From NCBI GenBank assembly GCA_963774265.1, contig CAVZDU010000007.1:64001-128000 (forward strand): a stretch of 64,000 nucleotides of DNA, read 5' to 3'. This document shows, piece after piece, positions 50,590-62,075 of this stretch. Within the stretch, counting starts at the first letter, position 1; each line of letters starts with the position of its first letter. Source of the DNA: an uncultured Chloroflexia bacterium. Its GTDB lineage: Bacteria; Chloroflexota; Anaerolineae; CG2-30-64-16. A program made the position numbers and the translations under genes. The notes beneath the pieces were generated by a model that was given only the letters and a program-made list of their open reading frames with translations, ran no database searches and was not told the DNA's origin.

Positions 50590-53501
50590 ATGAAACAGAC
50601 GCTTTCCATCACTCGCAAGGAACTCTCAGCGTACTTTGGCTCGCCCATGGCTCTGATTTTCGTCGGGGCCTTCCTGGCGGCGACGCTTTTCACCTTCTTC
50701 TGGGTCGATACCTTCTTCGCCCGCGGCATCGCGGACGTTCGGCCCCTGTTCCGCTGGATGCCGATACTGATGATCTTCCTGGTCGCTGCGCTCACCATGC
50801 GGCAGTGGAGCGAAGAACAACGCTCGGGCACGCTGGAGGTGCTGCTGACGTTGCCGGTCAGCAAGGTGCAGCTCGTCCTGGGCAAGTTCCTGGCCGTCAT
50901 GGCGCTGGTGCTCCTCGCGTTGGTTCTGACCCTCTTCCTGCCGATCACGGTGTCGCTGCTCGGCAACCTGGACTGGGGACCGGTCGTCGGCGGTTATCTG
51001 GCCGCCATCCTCATGGCCGCCGCGTACACGGCGATCGGGCTGTTCATTTCCTCACGCACCGACAACCAGATCGTCGCGCTGATCTTGAGCGTGCTGCTGT
51101 GCGGCGCCCTTTACCTGGTCGGCTCGTCGGTCGTCACCGATTTCGCGCCAGGCGCCTTGGGTGAGATTCTGCGTGCCGTTGGTGCGGGCAGCCGGTTCGA
51201 GAGCATCGAACGCGGGGTGATCGACCTGCGCGACCTGGTCTACTACTGTCACCGTAACCGGCATCTTCCTGACCCTCAATGTGTTGTCACTGGATCGTAA
51301 GCGATGGAGCACCGGCGCGCGCACGGTGAGTTACCGCCGCGGCATCGTTCTGACCTCTGCGCTAGTGGTGGCGAACCTGATCGTCACGAACATTTGGCTC
51401 TACCCCCTTAACGGGCTGCGGCTGGATCTGACTGAACAGCGCGAATACAGCCTGTCGCAGACCACCAAGAATCTGCTCCAAGGGCTGGCGGAGCCGTTGA
51501 CAATTCGAGCGTATGTGAGCGAGAAGACGCATCCCTTGCTGGCGCCGCTCCTGCCACAACTGGCGGATCTGCTGCGCGAGTACGAGATCGCAGGACGCGG
51601 CAAGGTGGACGCGGAGGTGATCGACCCCACCACAAACGCCGACGTCGAAGTCGAGGCGAACCAGACGTACGGCATCCAGCCCACACCGTTCCAGGTGGCG
51701 GGGCGCTACGAATCGTCGGTCATCAACGCCTACTTCGACGTGCTGGTGCGCTACGGCGACCAGAGCGAGGTGCTCAACTTCCGTGACTTGATCGAGGTGC
51801 AGTCGAAACCGCGACGGTACGGTCGATGTGCGCTTCCGCAACCTGGAGTACGACCTGACGCGCGCGATCAAGACGAGCGACGTCTGGGTTTCAGAGTGTG
51901 GATAGTTTGCTTGCCTCGCTCAACGGTGCGACCAAGCTGACGCTTTTCGTCACACCCAACAGCCTGCCGGACTCAGTTGAACGGATGCGCCGTCGACTAT
52001 CCAGAAGGTGGGACAGGAGCTGGCCGAGCAAATCTAACGGCAAGTTCACGTTCGACGACGATGGACCCGGACGCGGCAGGGCGCGACGGTCACGCGGGCA
52101 GCAAATGCTGGAGACCTACAAGCTGCGCCCGATTGCCGTCTCGCTTTTTTCGGATCAGACCTACTACCTCGACCTTATCCTGGAGACGACCGATGCAGAC
52201 GGCCAGGCATCCGTCTCAGTTGGTGACTCCGTCCGGCGACCTGAGCGAAACCAGCATCCGCTCGGCCATCGAGTCCGCACTGAAGCGCTCATCGACCGGC
52301 TTCCTGAAGGTTATTGGCCTTTGGACGCCATCGGAAATGCCGACGCAGAACATGTTCGGCCAGCAGCAGGCGGCTCTGCGCACCTGGCAGCGACTCCGCG
52401 CAGCAACTTGGCCGCGACTACACCGTGCGCGACGTTGACCTGGCGAGCGGGCAGGTTCCTGCGGACATCGACACGTTGCTCATTGTCTCGCCGGAAGGTT
52501 TGGATGAAAAGGCGCTTGTACGCGGTCGACCAATACCTGATGCGCGGGGCGCGGTGATCGTGGCTGCGGGCAACTACAGTGTTTCCGTGGATCAGATGGT
52601 CGGCGGATTGGCGCTGAATGCCACCGAAGGCGGGCTGGGCGACCTGCTCGAACACTACGGCATCAAGGTTGAGAAGTCGTTGGTGATGGACCCGCAGAAC
52701 GAGCCATTTCCGTCGACGGTGAAGCGAAATGTGGGCGGGATGGTCGTCCAAGAGGTGCAGGCGCTGAACTACCCGTTCTTCGTGGACGTGCGCGCTGACG
52801 GCATGGACAAAACCAGCGCGATCGTCAGCCAGCTAAACGCGGTGACTCTGAACTGGGCTTCACCGGTCATAGTTGACGAGGCCAAAAACCAGGGCCGGCA
52901 GACATCTGTGTTGCTGAAGTCTACGGCACGCTCCTGGCTGCGCACGAGCCTCGACATCAATCCGGACTTGGAGAAGTATGGGGACATCGGCTTCGCGGTC
53001 GAAGGCGAGCAATCATCGCGCCCGCTGGCAGTGGCTGTGCGCGGCAGCTTCGAGAGCTATTTCAAGGGCAAAGCATCTCCGCTGCTCCAGTCAACGGAGA
53101 CGGCAGCAGAAGGCCAGCCGACTCCAACGCCGGTTGCTCAGACCGGCAGCACGATCGAGAGCTCTCCGGACACAGCTCGGCTGGTGGTGTTTGGCAGCGG
53201 CGAGTTCCTGACCGATGTTATCTTCCAGGTTTCGGCCAGTATGTCAGGGGATCGCTACCTGAACAGCCTTCAATTGGCACAGAACGCGGTCGATTGGACG
53301 GTGGAGGACCTGGACCTGCTGAATATCCGCACCCGCGGTACATCGACGCGTGTCCTGGATCCACTCACAGAAGGCCAGCAGCGATTCGTTGAGTTCCTCA
53401 ACTATGGGTTGGCGCTCGCGGCGCTAGTCATCATCGCCGTGCTGTGGAACTTGCGGCGGCGTAATGAGAAGCCCCTGGTGTTGGTCGGAGAGAAACGATG
53501 A
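50590..53501 (+). CDS. GldF-GldG-like ABC permease/auxiliary fusion (several frameshifts)
   Basis: EEQRSGTLEVLLT, RLDLTEQREYSLSQTT, VDQYLMRG, QNAVDW across successive frames. Confidence 0.8.
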
Positions 53502-54481
53502 ACAAGTGGCAGCGTATCCTGATAATCGTTTTGGGGCTCCAGTTAGCGCTGGGCGTGTTTATCTTCTGGCCGCGGCCTGCAGTCAGCAGCGCCGGTCAGC
53601 CGTTGCTGGGCGATCTGAAGGCCGAAGAGATCACTGGGCTGACGATAACCGATGAACAGACCTCCACGAAACTGGCGAAGAGCGGGGATGGGTGGACAGC
53701 ACCGGATGCGGGGGCCTATCCCGCGGACGCAGCGAAAATCACGCCCGTGCTGGAGAAGTTGATCGGCATCAAAACCGGCAGGCTGATCGCACAAACCCCG
53801 GCGAGCCAAACTCAGCTGCAGGTGGCTGACAACAAGTTCGTGCGGAAGTTGGAGCTGGCGAAGGCTGATGGGACCGTGCAAACGGTGTACCTGGGCTCCT
53901 CCGGCGGCAGTCAGGCAGTGCACGTGCGGCTGGGCGGCAAGAATGAGGTGTACCTGGCCGGCGGCCTGGCGACGTGGGAGGTCAACGCGGATTTATTGTC
54001 ATGGGTCAATCCCATTTACCTGACCGTCACGACGGCGGATATCACGAGCTTTACGCTCAAGAACCAGAATGGCGACTTCACCTTAACAAAGGATGCGCAG
54101 GGCGCGTGGCAGTTGGCTGGCCTGGGCAGCGGCGAGATTCTGGATGCAAACAAGGCGGCGAGCCTCGTCAACAGTGTCACCTCGCTGCGCATGACGAAGC
54201 CGCTCGGTAAGTCCGAAGACGCCGCCTGGGGCCTGGCTCAGCCTGGTGCGACGGTCACGATGCAGGTCAAGAGTGGGGATCAGGCCAAGACGATCACGCT
54301 GACCGTCGGCGCAAAAGATGCGGCGGATAACTCGTACGCCGTGAAGTCATCCGAGTCGGAGTACTACGCACGCGTAGCTGAGTCTTCCGTGCAGGAGCTG
54401 GTCGGTCGGGATCGGGCGGGCTTCCTGGCGGCCGCGCCGACGCCGGCAGCGACGTTACCAGCCGGCACGCCCGCGCCCTGA
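53498..54481 (+). CDS. DUF4340-domain protein
   Basis: N-terminal TM helix, YPADAAKI; usual position after GldG. Confidence 0.8.
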   Translation: MNKWQRILIIVLGLQLALGVFIFWPRPAVSSAGQPLLGDLKAEEITGLTITDEQTSTKLAKSGDGWTAPDAGAYPADAAKITPVLEKLIGIKTGRLIAQTPASQTQLQVADNKFVRKLELAKADGTVQTVYLGSSGGSQAVHVRLGGKNEVYLAGGLATWEVNADLLSWVNPIYLTVTTADITSFTLKNQNGDFTLTKDAQGAWQLAGLGSGEILDANKAASLVNSVTSLRMTKPLGKSEDAAWGLAQPGATVTMQVKSGDQAKTITLTVGAKDAADNSYAVKSSESEYYARVAESSVQELVGRDRAGFLAAAPTPAATLPAGTPAP

Positions 54482-54618
54482 GCGTGACTGAGAGCATCTT
54501 GCGCCGGTCGTGATGCCAACCTGATTATCATCATTTTCACCCGGTGCAAGGCGTGCTACACTGTCGTCGGCGTCGGTGCGGCGCCTGAATCTGTTTTGTG
54601 CTATGCGGAGGAAAGAAG

Positions 54619-54819
54619 ATGTACGTCATTACTGTTGACGTAGACAAGTGTGAAGCATGCAGCGACTGCGTCGATGCTTGCCCGAACGAACTGATGGCAT
54701 TGGTCGAGGAAGGTGGGAAGAAGTACGCGATGTATAAGGGCGATCCGGACGATTGCATCGGCTGCTATTCGTGCGAATCTTCCTGCGAGCAGGGCGCCGT
54801 CACCATTACTGAGCTCTAA
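54619..54819 (+). CDS. 2[4Fe-4S] ferredoxin
   Basis: CEACSDCVDACP and CIGCYSCESSC. Confidence 0.93.
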   Translation: MYVITVDVDKCEACSDCVDACPNELMALVEEGGKKYAMYKGDPDDCIGCYSCESSCEQGAVTITEL

Positions 54820-54894
54820 TCGACGTTTCGACTCACTGACAAGAACGAGGGACGGCCATTCGCCGCCCCTCGTTGCGTTTAAGCGCAAGTAAGG

Positions 54895-56379
54895 TCAGAC
54901 AGTTGCCGAAGGCTTGAAGCCGGACGCAGCCCTCTTAGGGGCGGCGACGCCGCGCAGCGCCACCACAGACACCAGGAACATGACTCCGTAGATTGCGAAG
55001 AGCAGGACGTAGCCTGCCCCTGGCAGGTCAGGCAGCCGCACGGTGACATAGTCTGCAATGGGCCCGCCAATATAGGCGCCCACCGCCCCTGCACCGGCCC
55101 CAGCCAGGTTCGAGATGCCCAGATAGCGGCCGGCTTCGGCCTTCGGGACGATCCGCGTGCCAAGCGCCCAGTTCGCGGTGAAGAAAAAGCCGGTGGCGAT
55201 CCCGATCAAGCTGCCGCCAGCATAGATGATATTCATGCCGGGGGAGAGCAAGACGACCAACACACCCAGGGCCGCCACAAACCCACTGATGAGCACCAGC
55301 CGTTTGTGTCCGAAGCGATCTCCCAGGAACCCGCTGGGGATGGCTGCCACGAGGATGAATACGCCGATCACGGTCATCAGCAGCGCCGCCGGCCCCACGG
55401 CTTTTTCGCGTTCGAGGCCCAGCCGGGCCTGCAAGAAGTAGACCGCGAAAGTTGACAGGTTCGTCGTGCCGACAAAGAACGCCAGCCGGTTTACGACCCA
55501 CCAGGTGAAGGATGGATTGCCCTGGGCCGCGCGGTTGCCGATGCTGATCCGGACGCTGATCCATACGCCGGCCGCAACAGCCACCACGATGGCCAGTACC
55601 CCGATGATGCCGATGAGAGGCAGCAGCAGGGCTGGTGAAGTAATTCCCGAAAGCAGGTCACTCAGGAGGCGGATTCCTGCTCCCAGGCCAAGAATGATTG
55701 CGGTGAAGATGGCGGTCATCACCACCAGGCGCAAGATCGGCGCCCAGTCCAAGGGAGGGGCCTCTTCTTTGGGCAGCGGCCGCTCCGGCGCCAGCATGGC
55801 GAATCCCATGGAGATCAACAGCACAGCCATCGCCAGCCCCAACCCCAGCCAAAGGTTCCCCGCGCTGATGAAGCGTGCGATCGTGAACGACACCAGGATC
55901 AGGGGGAGGGGAACTTCGAGCACAGCTTTGACCGCCGAGAACCGTCCGCGCTGCTCGTCAGGGACGAGGTCGGGGATGAGGCCTTGCTGTGCGCCGTGGG
56001 CCGTGTTGGCGGCGACCGCCTGGAGGACTGCAACGGCGAAAAGAAACCAATAGCCTGCCATCCCCGTCAGGCCGGGTGCGAAGCCGGTCAGGACGATGAA
56101 GACGGTCATCGCCAACGAACCGATGAGGATGAACGGGCGTCGCCGCCCCAGGTGAGAGGTGTTGCTGTCGGACAACATGCCCATGAGGGCTTGCCACAGG
56201 AGCGCGACCATGAGGCTCCACAGCCTCAATTCGCCGAGGCGCGCGCCCTTCGTCGCCTCGCCCACGAAGTTCTGGACCAGCAGCGGGAAAACTAACCCGT
56301 TGGTCTGCGACAGCGTTGTGAGCGCGAGGAAGAAGATGTTAATGGTGATAAGATCGTACCAGCGCAACTGTCGGGACAT
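54895..56379 (-). CDS. MFS transporter (SLC45/sugar-type)
   Basis: GMLSD...LGRRRPF, GFLGDRFGHK. Confidence 0.88.
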   Translation of the reverse strand: MSRQLRWYDLITINIFFLALTTLSQTNGLVFPLLVQNFVGEATKGARLGELRLWSLMVALLWQALMGMLSDSNTSHLGRRRPFILIGSLAMTVFIVLTGFAPGLTGMAGYWFLFAVAVLQAVAANTAHGAQQGLIPDLVPDEQRGRFSAVKAVLEVPLPLILVSFTIARFISAGNLWLGLGLAMAVLLISMGFAMLAPERPLPKEEAPPLDWAPILRLVVMTAIFTAIILGLGAGIRLLSDLLSGITSPALLLPLIGIIGVLAIVVAVAAGVWISVRISIGNRAAQGNPSFTWWVVNRLAFFVGTTNLSTFAVYFLQARLGLEREKAVGPAALLMTVIGVFILVAAIPSGFLGDRFGHKRLVLISGFVAALGVLVVLLSPGMNIIYAGGSLIGIATGFFFTANWALGTRIVPKAEAGRYLGISNLAGAGAGAVGAYIGGPIADYVTVRLPDLPGAGYVLLFAIYGVMFLVSVVALRGVAAPKRAASGFKPSATV

Positions 56380-56465
56380 ACGCCTCCTTATAGGCTGGTG
56401 ACCGTGCATGGGTTTGGCGTGTGAAGATGGAGTTTGACAGCGGTTCTATGCCGCATTGTCAGGCC

Positions 56466-56811
56466 TCAAGGGAGCAATGCGATTTCCGGCAACCAGTGTT
56501 TTGCGAGACGACAGACCATCGTATAGGCCGGGTCGTAGATGTTGCCCAGGTCGTAGTCGACGCATTGGCCCAAAAGAATGCTGGCCTCAGACACCGTCAA
56601 GCCGTAGTCCTCAGTCAGCCAGCGGAGCATTTCGGTCGTTGCGTGCTGGACAGCCTGGTCCAGCGGCCGCGCGTTGCCGGTCGTGACAATCCAACCCAAA
56701 TGCATCGATCGTGGTCGTGATGATTGTATCGCCGTCCGCAACGGTGAGGGCCGGCGGATGCGAGCCAATGGTGTTGTAGTACCGGGTGGGCTTGAAGTGA
56801 TGGGTTGTCAT
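56466..56811 (-). pseudogene. acetamidase/formamidase family gene with a large internal deletion
   Basis: N-terminal SHPPALTVADGDTIITTTIDA joined out of frame to C-terminal GNARPLDQAVQHATTEM; only ~345 bp. Confidence 0.8.
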
Positions 56812-56816
56812 GTGGT

Positions 56817-57794
56817 CTATCCCCAATTCTGCCGGGCCACTTCGGCCGCGAAGGCAGCGTTCGTCTCGCGCAGCGCGCTCTCCGACTCGACGCCGCGAGC
56901 CATGGCCCATGCAACCAGGTCGAACAGCACCTGGCCCAGCACTTCCGGCGCAACGGTTTCGTCTGGCGACAGATTCGCCAACGCAGCCCAGGGCTCGGCG
57001 GGTGGGCGAGAGGGACGCAGACGCGACATGCGATCCAGGTAGGATTCAGCTTGTGCGAGCGCGGGCAGGCCAGGCGGGATGCTCGCCAAGGGTGAGCGTT
57101 TTTCGCCGTTCTCCGCGCGCTCGGCAGCCTTGATCGCCTCCCAATTTGCCAGAACCTCGTCCGTGCCGCTGACGGCTACTTCACCGAAGACATGCGGGTG
57201 GCGGCGGATCAACTTGTCGACGATACGCTCTATGACCTGTGGGAAACGGTACTGCCCGTTTTCCGACGCGATTTGAGCCTGGAGCGCGATCTGCAGCAGG
57301 AGGTCGCCCTGCTCTTCGAGTACCTTTTGCGGATTGCCCGCGTCCAACGCTGCCAACAACTCGTAGGTCTCCTCAAGCAGGAACGGCCGCAGCTTTTCCC
57401 ACGTCAGCTCACGGTCCCACGGACAGCCATCCGGCGCTCGCAGCCGGGCCGAGACGTTTTGCAGAGCGGAGAAAGATCCGGGCGTGGACAGGGCCGGCAC
57501 GAAGAGCGCGCGAGCCGCTGATCCCTCCTGGCTAAGCTGACCCAGGGGCACGGTTGCTGCGGTTTCGGTAAGAAGCATCAGCTCATGATGGGGATCATAG
57601 GTTTGCAGCAACACATCGCGGATGCGATCCAAGGTGAGCTGATCCAGCCCCAACACCAGCGTCGGGCTGGAAGGGTCGAGCAGGGGATAGTACTGCCGCG
57701 CCAGCGTCGCGGCATCGACCAGTTGCAGAGTATCAAAAGCGGGTTGCCCCAGCGCCTTCAGCGCCGCGCTCACCTCAGATAGCGAAATAGCCAT
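56817..57794 (-). CDS. mazG: nucleoside triphosphate pyrophosphohydrolase (YabN-like)
   Basis: LRAPDGCPWD, LLEETYE, EEQGDLL, KLIRRHPHVFG, NWEAIK. Confidence 0.9.
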   Translation of the reverse strand: MAISLSEVSAALKALGQPAFDTLQLVDAATLARQYYPLLDPSSPTLVLGLDQLTLDRIRDVLLQTYDPHHELMLLTETAATVPLGQLSQEGSAARALFVPALSTPGSFSALQNVSARLRAPDGCPWDRELTWEKLRPFLLEETYELLAALDAGNPQKVLEEQGDLLLQIALQAQIASENGQYRFPQVIERIVDKLIRRHPHVFGEVAVSGTDEVLANWEAIKAAERAENGEKRSPLASIPPGLPALAQAESYLDRMSRLRPSRPPAEPWAALANLSPDETVAPEVLGQVLFDLVAWAMARGVESESALRETNAAFAAEVARQNWG

Positions 57795-57865
57795 GCATTT
57801 ATGCCTCCGGCGGCGATTATACCTTGCCCTTTCTTCTTGCCCAAGGAGCGCCTGTATCCGGAAAC

Positions 57866-57895
57866 AAAAATCCACCGGCCATTTCGCCGGTGGAT
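57866..57895 (-). terminator. intrinsic terminator
   Basis: atccaccggc/gccggtggat with a U-run on the minus strand. Confidence 0.7.
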
Positions 57896-57917
57896 CAAGG
57901 GTGAGTTTTTCTGGCGA

Positions 57918-58289
57918 TTACATCTCACCGCCAAGGGCCATCTGTACGTGTTCGGCGTGCATGATCAGATGCTCTGCGCACGTGGCGTCAATGGTGATTC
58001 CCGCCTGCGCCTCGACCTTCATAATGAACACATCAAGCTGCTGAATGGCCTTTTCGGGTTGTCCCGCCTGCCCGAAGCTCTGAGCACGGGCGAGAGTAGC
58101 TTGCAGGCTCGTGTAGACGCCCTGGTTATTGATGTGGGCCATGTCGTACGCGTGATGGACATGCATGTCGAGTGAGGCTATCGTGGCCTCATGGACCATC
58201 TCGTGATCGCACGCCTCCATGGCGAACGCAGGTGAGGCGGTGAGCACAACGATCACAACCAGGAGCAGGGAGACGAGAAAACGTTTCAT
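57918..58289 (-). CDS. small secreted His/Met-rich helical protein (FIMAH-like)
   Basis: Signal peptide ending AFA; HINNQGVYTSL...VEAQAGITI...AEHL. Confidence 0.65.
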   Translation of the reverse strand: MKRFLVSLLLVVIVVLTASPAFAMEACDHEMVHEATIASLDMHVHHAYDMAHINNQGVYTSLQATLARAQSFGQAGQPEKAIQQLDVFIMKVEAQAGITIDATCAEHLIMHAEHVQMALGGEM

Positions 58290-58513
58290 GCGAAACCTCC
58301 GTGAATGTAGCAGCACGTTCTGTGCTGATAGTCTCATTGTAAGCCCAGCACAGAGCCAGGGCGAGCGCTATGTGGCGTGTGTTGACCGCGCCATTTGACC
58401 CATCCGGCGACAGCGCCGTCAGGCTCGCTGCGATAGGTGCAACTCTGCCGAACTGCCGAAGCATGATATGATTCAGATTGCTTCGGCACGCTGTTGAATG
58501 CGAAGGAGGAATC

Positions 58514-59572
58514 TTGAACGAAGGGAAAGAGTTCTTGCTCTATGGGGCGACAGGATACACAGGCGCATTGACCGCGCGCATGTCTGTGCAGCAGGGGCTG
58601 CGGCCTCTCCTCGCCGGGCGTAATCGTGAGAAGGTTGAGGCGCTGGCGGGTGAACTGGGGCTGCCGTGGCGCGCGTTCGGGCTTGATGACAAGTTGGCGC
58701 TGCAGTCCGCTCTTAGCGAGGTCGCCGTCGTTCTGCATTGCGCGGGCCCATATTCGCAAACCTACCCGCCCATGGTCGAGGCATGTCTGCGAACGGGAAC
58801 ACACTACCTGGACCTCACCGGGGAGATGGCCGAGCACGAAGCCCTGGCCGCGCGGGATGCTGAGGCAAAGGCCGCGGGGGTGATGGTGCTGCCCAGCGTT
58901 GGCTTCGACGTCGTACCGTCAGACTGTCTCGCCGTGCACGTCGCGGGGCGACTCCCCTCTGCAACCCACCTTGCCCTCGCTTTCAGTTCCGCTGGGGGCT
59001 GGTCGCGTGGGACTATGATTTCATCGATGGAAGCGGCCGCGCATCCGGGAATCGTGCGGAGAGCCGGAAAGCTGACGCGGGTGCCGGCGGCGTACAGATC
59101 ACGTAAGATAGATTTCGGGAGCGGGCCGGTGAATTGCGTGACGATCCCCTGGGGTGACGTGGCGACCGCATACTACTCGACAGGCATCCCGAACATCGAA
59201 ACTTACATCGCATTGCCCGGGACGCTGCAACGTGTGCTGCGCAGCGCAGATGCCGTTGCACCGTTCGCGACGAGCAAGCTGGGCCAACGTGTGCTTAAGG
59301 GTTTGGTCGGCCTGCTGCCTGCAGGGCCGGACGAAAAGTCGCGCGAGCAAGGCTACGCGTTGCTGTGGGCCGAGGCGAGTGATGAAGCTGGGAGACGGGT
59401 TGTGTCGCGGATGCGCACGCCCCACTCTTACACGCTCACCGCGCTGACGGGGTTAGACATCGTGCGTCGTGTACTGGCAGGCGATGTGCACCCTGGGTAT
59501 CAGACGCCGGCAAAGGCGTATGGGCCGGAATTGGTGATGGAGATCGCAGGGGTGACGCGATGGGATGAGTAG
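58514..59572 (+). CDS. saccharopine dehydrogenase family protein
   Basis: YGATGYTG, AGRN, CAGPY, YLDLTGE, GFDVVPSD. Confidence 0.9.
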   Translation: MNEGKEFLLYGATGYTGALTARMSVQQGLRPLLAGRNREKVEALAGELGLPWRAFGLDDKLALQSALSEVAVVLHCAGPYSQTYPPMVEACLRTGTHYLDLTGEMAEHEALAARDAEAKAAGVMVLPSVGFDVVPSDCLAVHVAGRLPSATHLALAFSSAGGWSRGTMISSMEAAAHPGIVRRAGKLTRVPAAYRSRKIDFGSGPVNCVTIPWGDVATAYYSTGIPNIETYIALPGTLQRVLRSADAVAPFATSKLGQRVLKGLVGLLPAGPDEKSREQGYALLWAEASDEAGRRVVSRMRTPHSYTLTALTGLDIVRRVLAGDVHPGYQTPAKAYGPELVMEIAGVTRWDE

Positions 59573-59576
59573 CTCC

Positions 59577-59909
59577 TTACGGGGCAAACTCCCGGTAGAA
59601 GCATGTCTCCTTCCCTGAGTGACACGCGGGTCCTGCCGGCTCCACCTGCACCAACAACGTATCGCCATCGCAGTCCACGCAGATGCTCAGCACGCGCTGG
59701 ATGTTGCCCGACGTATCCCCCTTGTGCCACAGCTCCTTACGACTGCGGCTCCAGAAGTGGGTCTGGCCGGTTTCCAGCGTTTTGCGGAGTGACGGCTCGT
59801 TCATCCACGCCATCATCAGCACATCACCAGTCGAAGCATCCTGCACCACAGCCGGAATGAGGCCCTGGTCGTTCCACTTCAACTCGCACCAAGCGACTTG
59901 CTCTGCCAT
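59577..59909 (-). CDS. hisI: phosphoribosyl-AMP cyclohydrolase
   Basis: [30 protein letters not shown]. Confidence 0.96.
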   Translation of the reverse strand: MAEQVAWCELKWNDQGLIPAVVQDASTGDVLMMAWMNEPSLRKTLETGQTHFWSRSRKELWHKGDTSGNIQRVLSICVDCDGDTLLVQVEPAGPACHSGKETCFYREFAP

Positions 59910-59964
59910 CGCTCCTCCTTCCCGTAAATATACACTTTATGCCCCAGATTACAAAATAAATGGC

Positions 59965-60939
59965 CTATCGTCGCCGGCCGGGTAGGATGTAGGGATAGGG
60001 ATGCTGGCGCAGCAGGCAGACGCGGCGATCGACACGGCGCAGGAAGAGATAGGTGCGCCAGATGAAAGCGTCCCGCCGATGGAAGCGTCGCACCTCTTCA
60101 AGCGTGACCGGCCGGAAGTGATGCTCGCGGCGTTCGGCGAGGAAGTACCAGTTGACCGCATCGATGATGCCAGGCACCAACTCGGATCGGCCCTCCTGGT
60201 GGATCTTTGCCACCAGGTCCATGGCGACCCGGCGAAAATCGTAGAAACGTGTCAGGAGCTCCGGGAGGAATGTGCGGCGAATGATGGGCACTAGCACGGT
60301 GGGTGCAGCCCGGAGGAAGGGTTCCGGATCCACCTGCTCCACACCATACCGGCGCATAAAGGGAACATTGGTATGGAGATAAACGAGTTTAAGCCGATCG
60401 GGCAGTTCGCCTTTGTCGGGATCGAAGCCCAGGAGCGCCCAATTGGAGATTTCGCTGTCGATGCCCAGTTCGAGATCCCCCTGGTGCACCCGGTTCAGGT
60501 CGAAGACCTTCGCCGTTTCCCCGAGGATGGCCATCACCAGCCGGCTTACGTCTGGGGGTGACAGCCGGTAGGTGGCCATGTGACAGATCGTGTCCTCAGG
60601 GAGTAGCTCCTGGACAATGTAGACCACGACATAACGGTGGGACGCATCCGGCAACTGCACCGTGGTAGAAGACGCCACGCGCACTCCTGCCCGCTCGCCA
60701 AGGGTCTTGATGTACCGCCGGTGCAGCGTCTCGTACTTACCCGCATCGTCTGTTCCCAGAAAAACTGGAAGGCGCTTGTAGACCAGTGCCGGTGCGCCCT
60801 TGCCGCCTATGGTCATAATGGTGCTCGTCTCGCCGTAATCGAGGACGCGCGCGGGGATGACGCCATGCTCGGGACGACGCGGATCCAGTCCCGCTTCGAA
60901 GCGAGAAAGCAGTTGCAGGTCGATTGAGGTCCCAGTCAT
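59965..60939 (-). CDS. hypothetical protein (DUF6206-like)
   Basis: VLDYGETS, YKRLP, GIDSEISNW, YPYILP. Confidence 0.6.
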   Translation of the reverse strand: MTGTSIDLQLLSRFEAGLDPRRPEHGVIPARVLDYGETSTIMTIGGKGAPALVYKRLPVFLGTDDAGKYETLHRRYIKTLGERAGVRVASSTTVQLPDASHRYVVVYIVQELLPEDTICHMATYRLSPPDVSRLVMAILGETAKVFDLNRVHQGDLELGIDSEISNWALLGFDPDKGELPDRLKLVYLHTNVPFMRRYGVEQVDPEPFLRAAPTVLVPIIRRTFLPELLTRFYDFRRVAMDLVAKIHQEGRSELVPGIIDAVNWYFLAERREHHFRPVTLEEVRRFHRRDAFIWRTYLFLRRVDRRVCLLRQHPYPYILPGRRR

Positions 60940-60958
60940 CTTCGGAACGGGATCCAGG

Positions 60959-61852
60959 CTAGGGCATATACTCCGGGCGGACCCGCCGCACTACCTCCAG
61001 CGAGGCCATTGCTTCCGGCACAGTCAACTCGAACACCAGCGGACCGCCGTATCCCGACCGGTGCAGGTGGTCGAGGAAGCGGCCCAGGTCCAGGTCGCCA
61101 CTGCCGAGGGCCTGATGGTCCTTGCCGTAGACAATATCTGTGCCGGGCATCCAGTGCGGCGAGTCGTGCAGGTGAATGTTGGCCAGCCGTGGCAGCAGCC
61201 TGTCGACTGCATCGAATAAGTCGATGGCGCCTGAAAAGCCGGACAACACGTGTCCGGTGTCCAGGCAGTACGACAGATCCAGCGCCTCGACCAGCTCCAT
61301 GGTCAGCTCAAACGGGAACTCAATTGTCTCCACCGCGAATTTGCGTGGGGCGACACCCGTCTCTCCGGCAAGCATCTTGAGGCTTTCCAATGCCCGGCCC
61401 TGGAATAGCTTCAAGATGACGAACCGTCCCACCTCGGGCAGGGCCATGCGATAGAACTCAGCGGCCAGCGAGCCGGTGGCGTGGACGACGTAAGCTTCGA
61501 CATCCAGCGGTTGCGTGGCGCGTACGACCTGCACCATCGACGCCACAGAGCCAAGGCGCACAGGCTCCAGCAGCGCGGACGGCTCGATCGACCAAAGGGG
61601 CAGGTGGACGGTGTACTTCACGCCTGTTTCGGCCTGAAGCGCCGCCAGTTTTTCGATGGCAGGCGGTGCATAGGTGTGGGGCATAAACATCACCAGGTCG
61701 CCGCCCAACTCGACCGGGTTGAATCCGTAACCGTGCAGCCGCCGGACGAGTGCGGCATGATCGAAGCCGGTGATGTGGGCCGGGATTTGAGCAGGGGCGA
61801 CGTCAGTCGGGATCAACGCGCCGATCTGCATAGCCATGATGCCAAAACGCAT
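60959..61852 (-). CDS. AP-endonuclease-2/xylose-isomerase TIM-barrel protein (CbiR-like)
   Basis: TVHLP, VVHATG, CLDTGH, IHLHD, DH..LG.G, LVFEL. Confidence 0.75.
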   Translation of the reverse strand: MRFGIMAMQIGALIPTDVAPAQIPAHITGFDHAALVRRLHGYGFNPVELGGDLVMFMPHTYAPPAIEKLAALQAETGVKYTVHLPLWSIEPSALLEPVRLGSVASMVQVVRATQPLDVEAYVVHATGSLAAEFYRMALPEVGRFVILKLFQGRALESLKMLAGETGVAPRKFAVETIEFPFELTMELVEALDLSYCLDTGHVLSGFSGAIDLFDAVDRLLPRLANIHLHDSPHWMPGTDIVYGKDHQALGSGDLDLGRFLDHLHRSGYGGPLVFELTVPEAMASLEVVRRVRPEYMP

Positions 61853-62075
61853 GGGTTGCCTCGCTGCAAAGCAGCCTGGGCTGCCGTGGATAGGCAAATT
61901 ATAGCACAGACTCCAATTTGACGTTGCATGGCCTCCCGGCGAGTATCTGCCCTGACGCGCGGACATTCTCCTTTGAGCGTTTGTAATCAGCATACTTGCT
62001 AGCGTTTGTGCGCTTATGGTATTCTCCTTGTGCCATTCTTCGAAAGGCAACATTCGGTAGTGCTCAGGAGGCACG

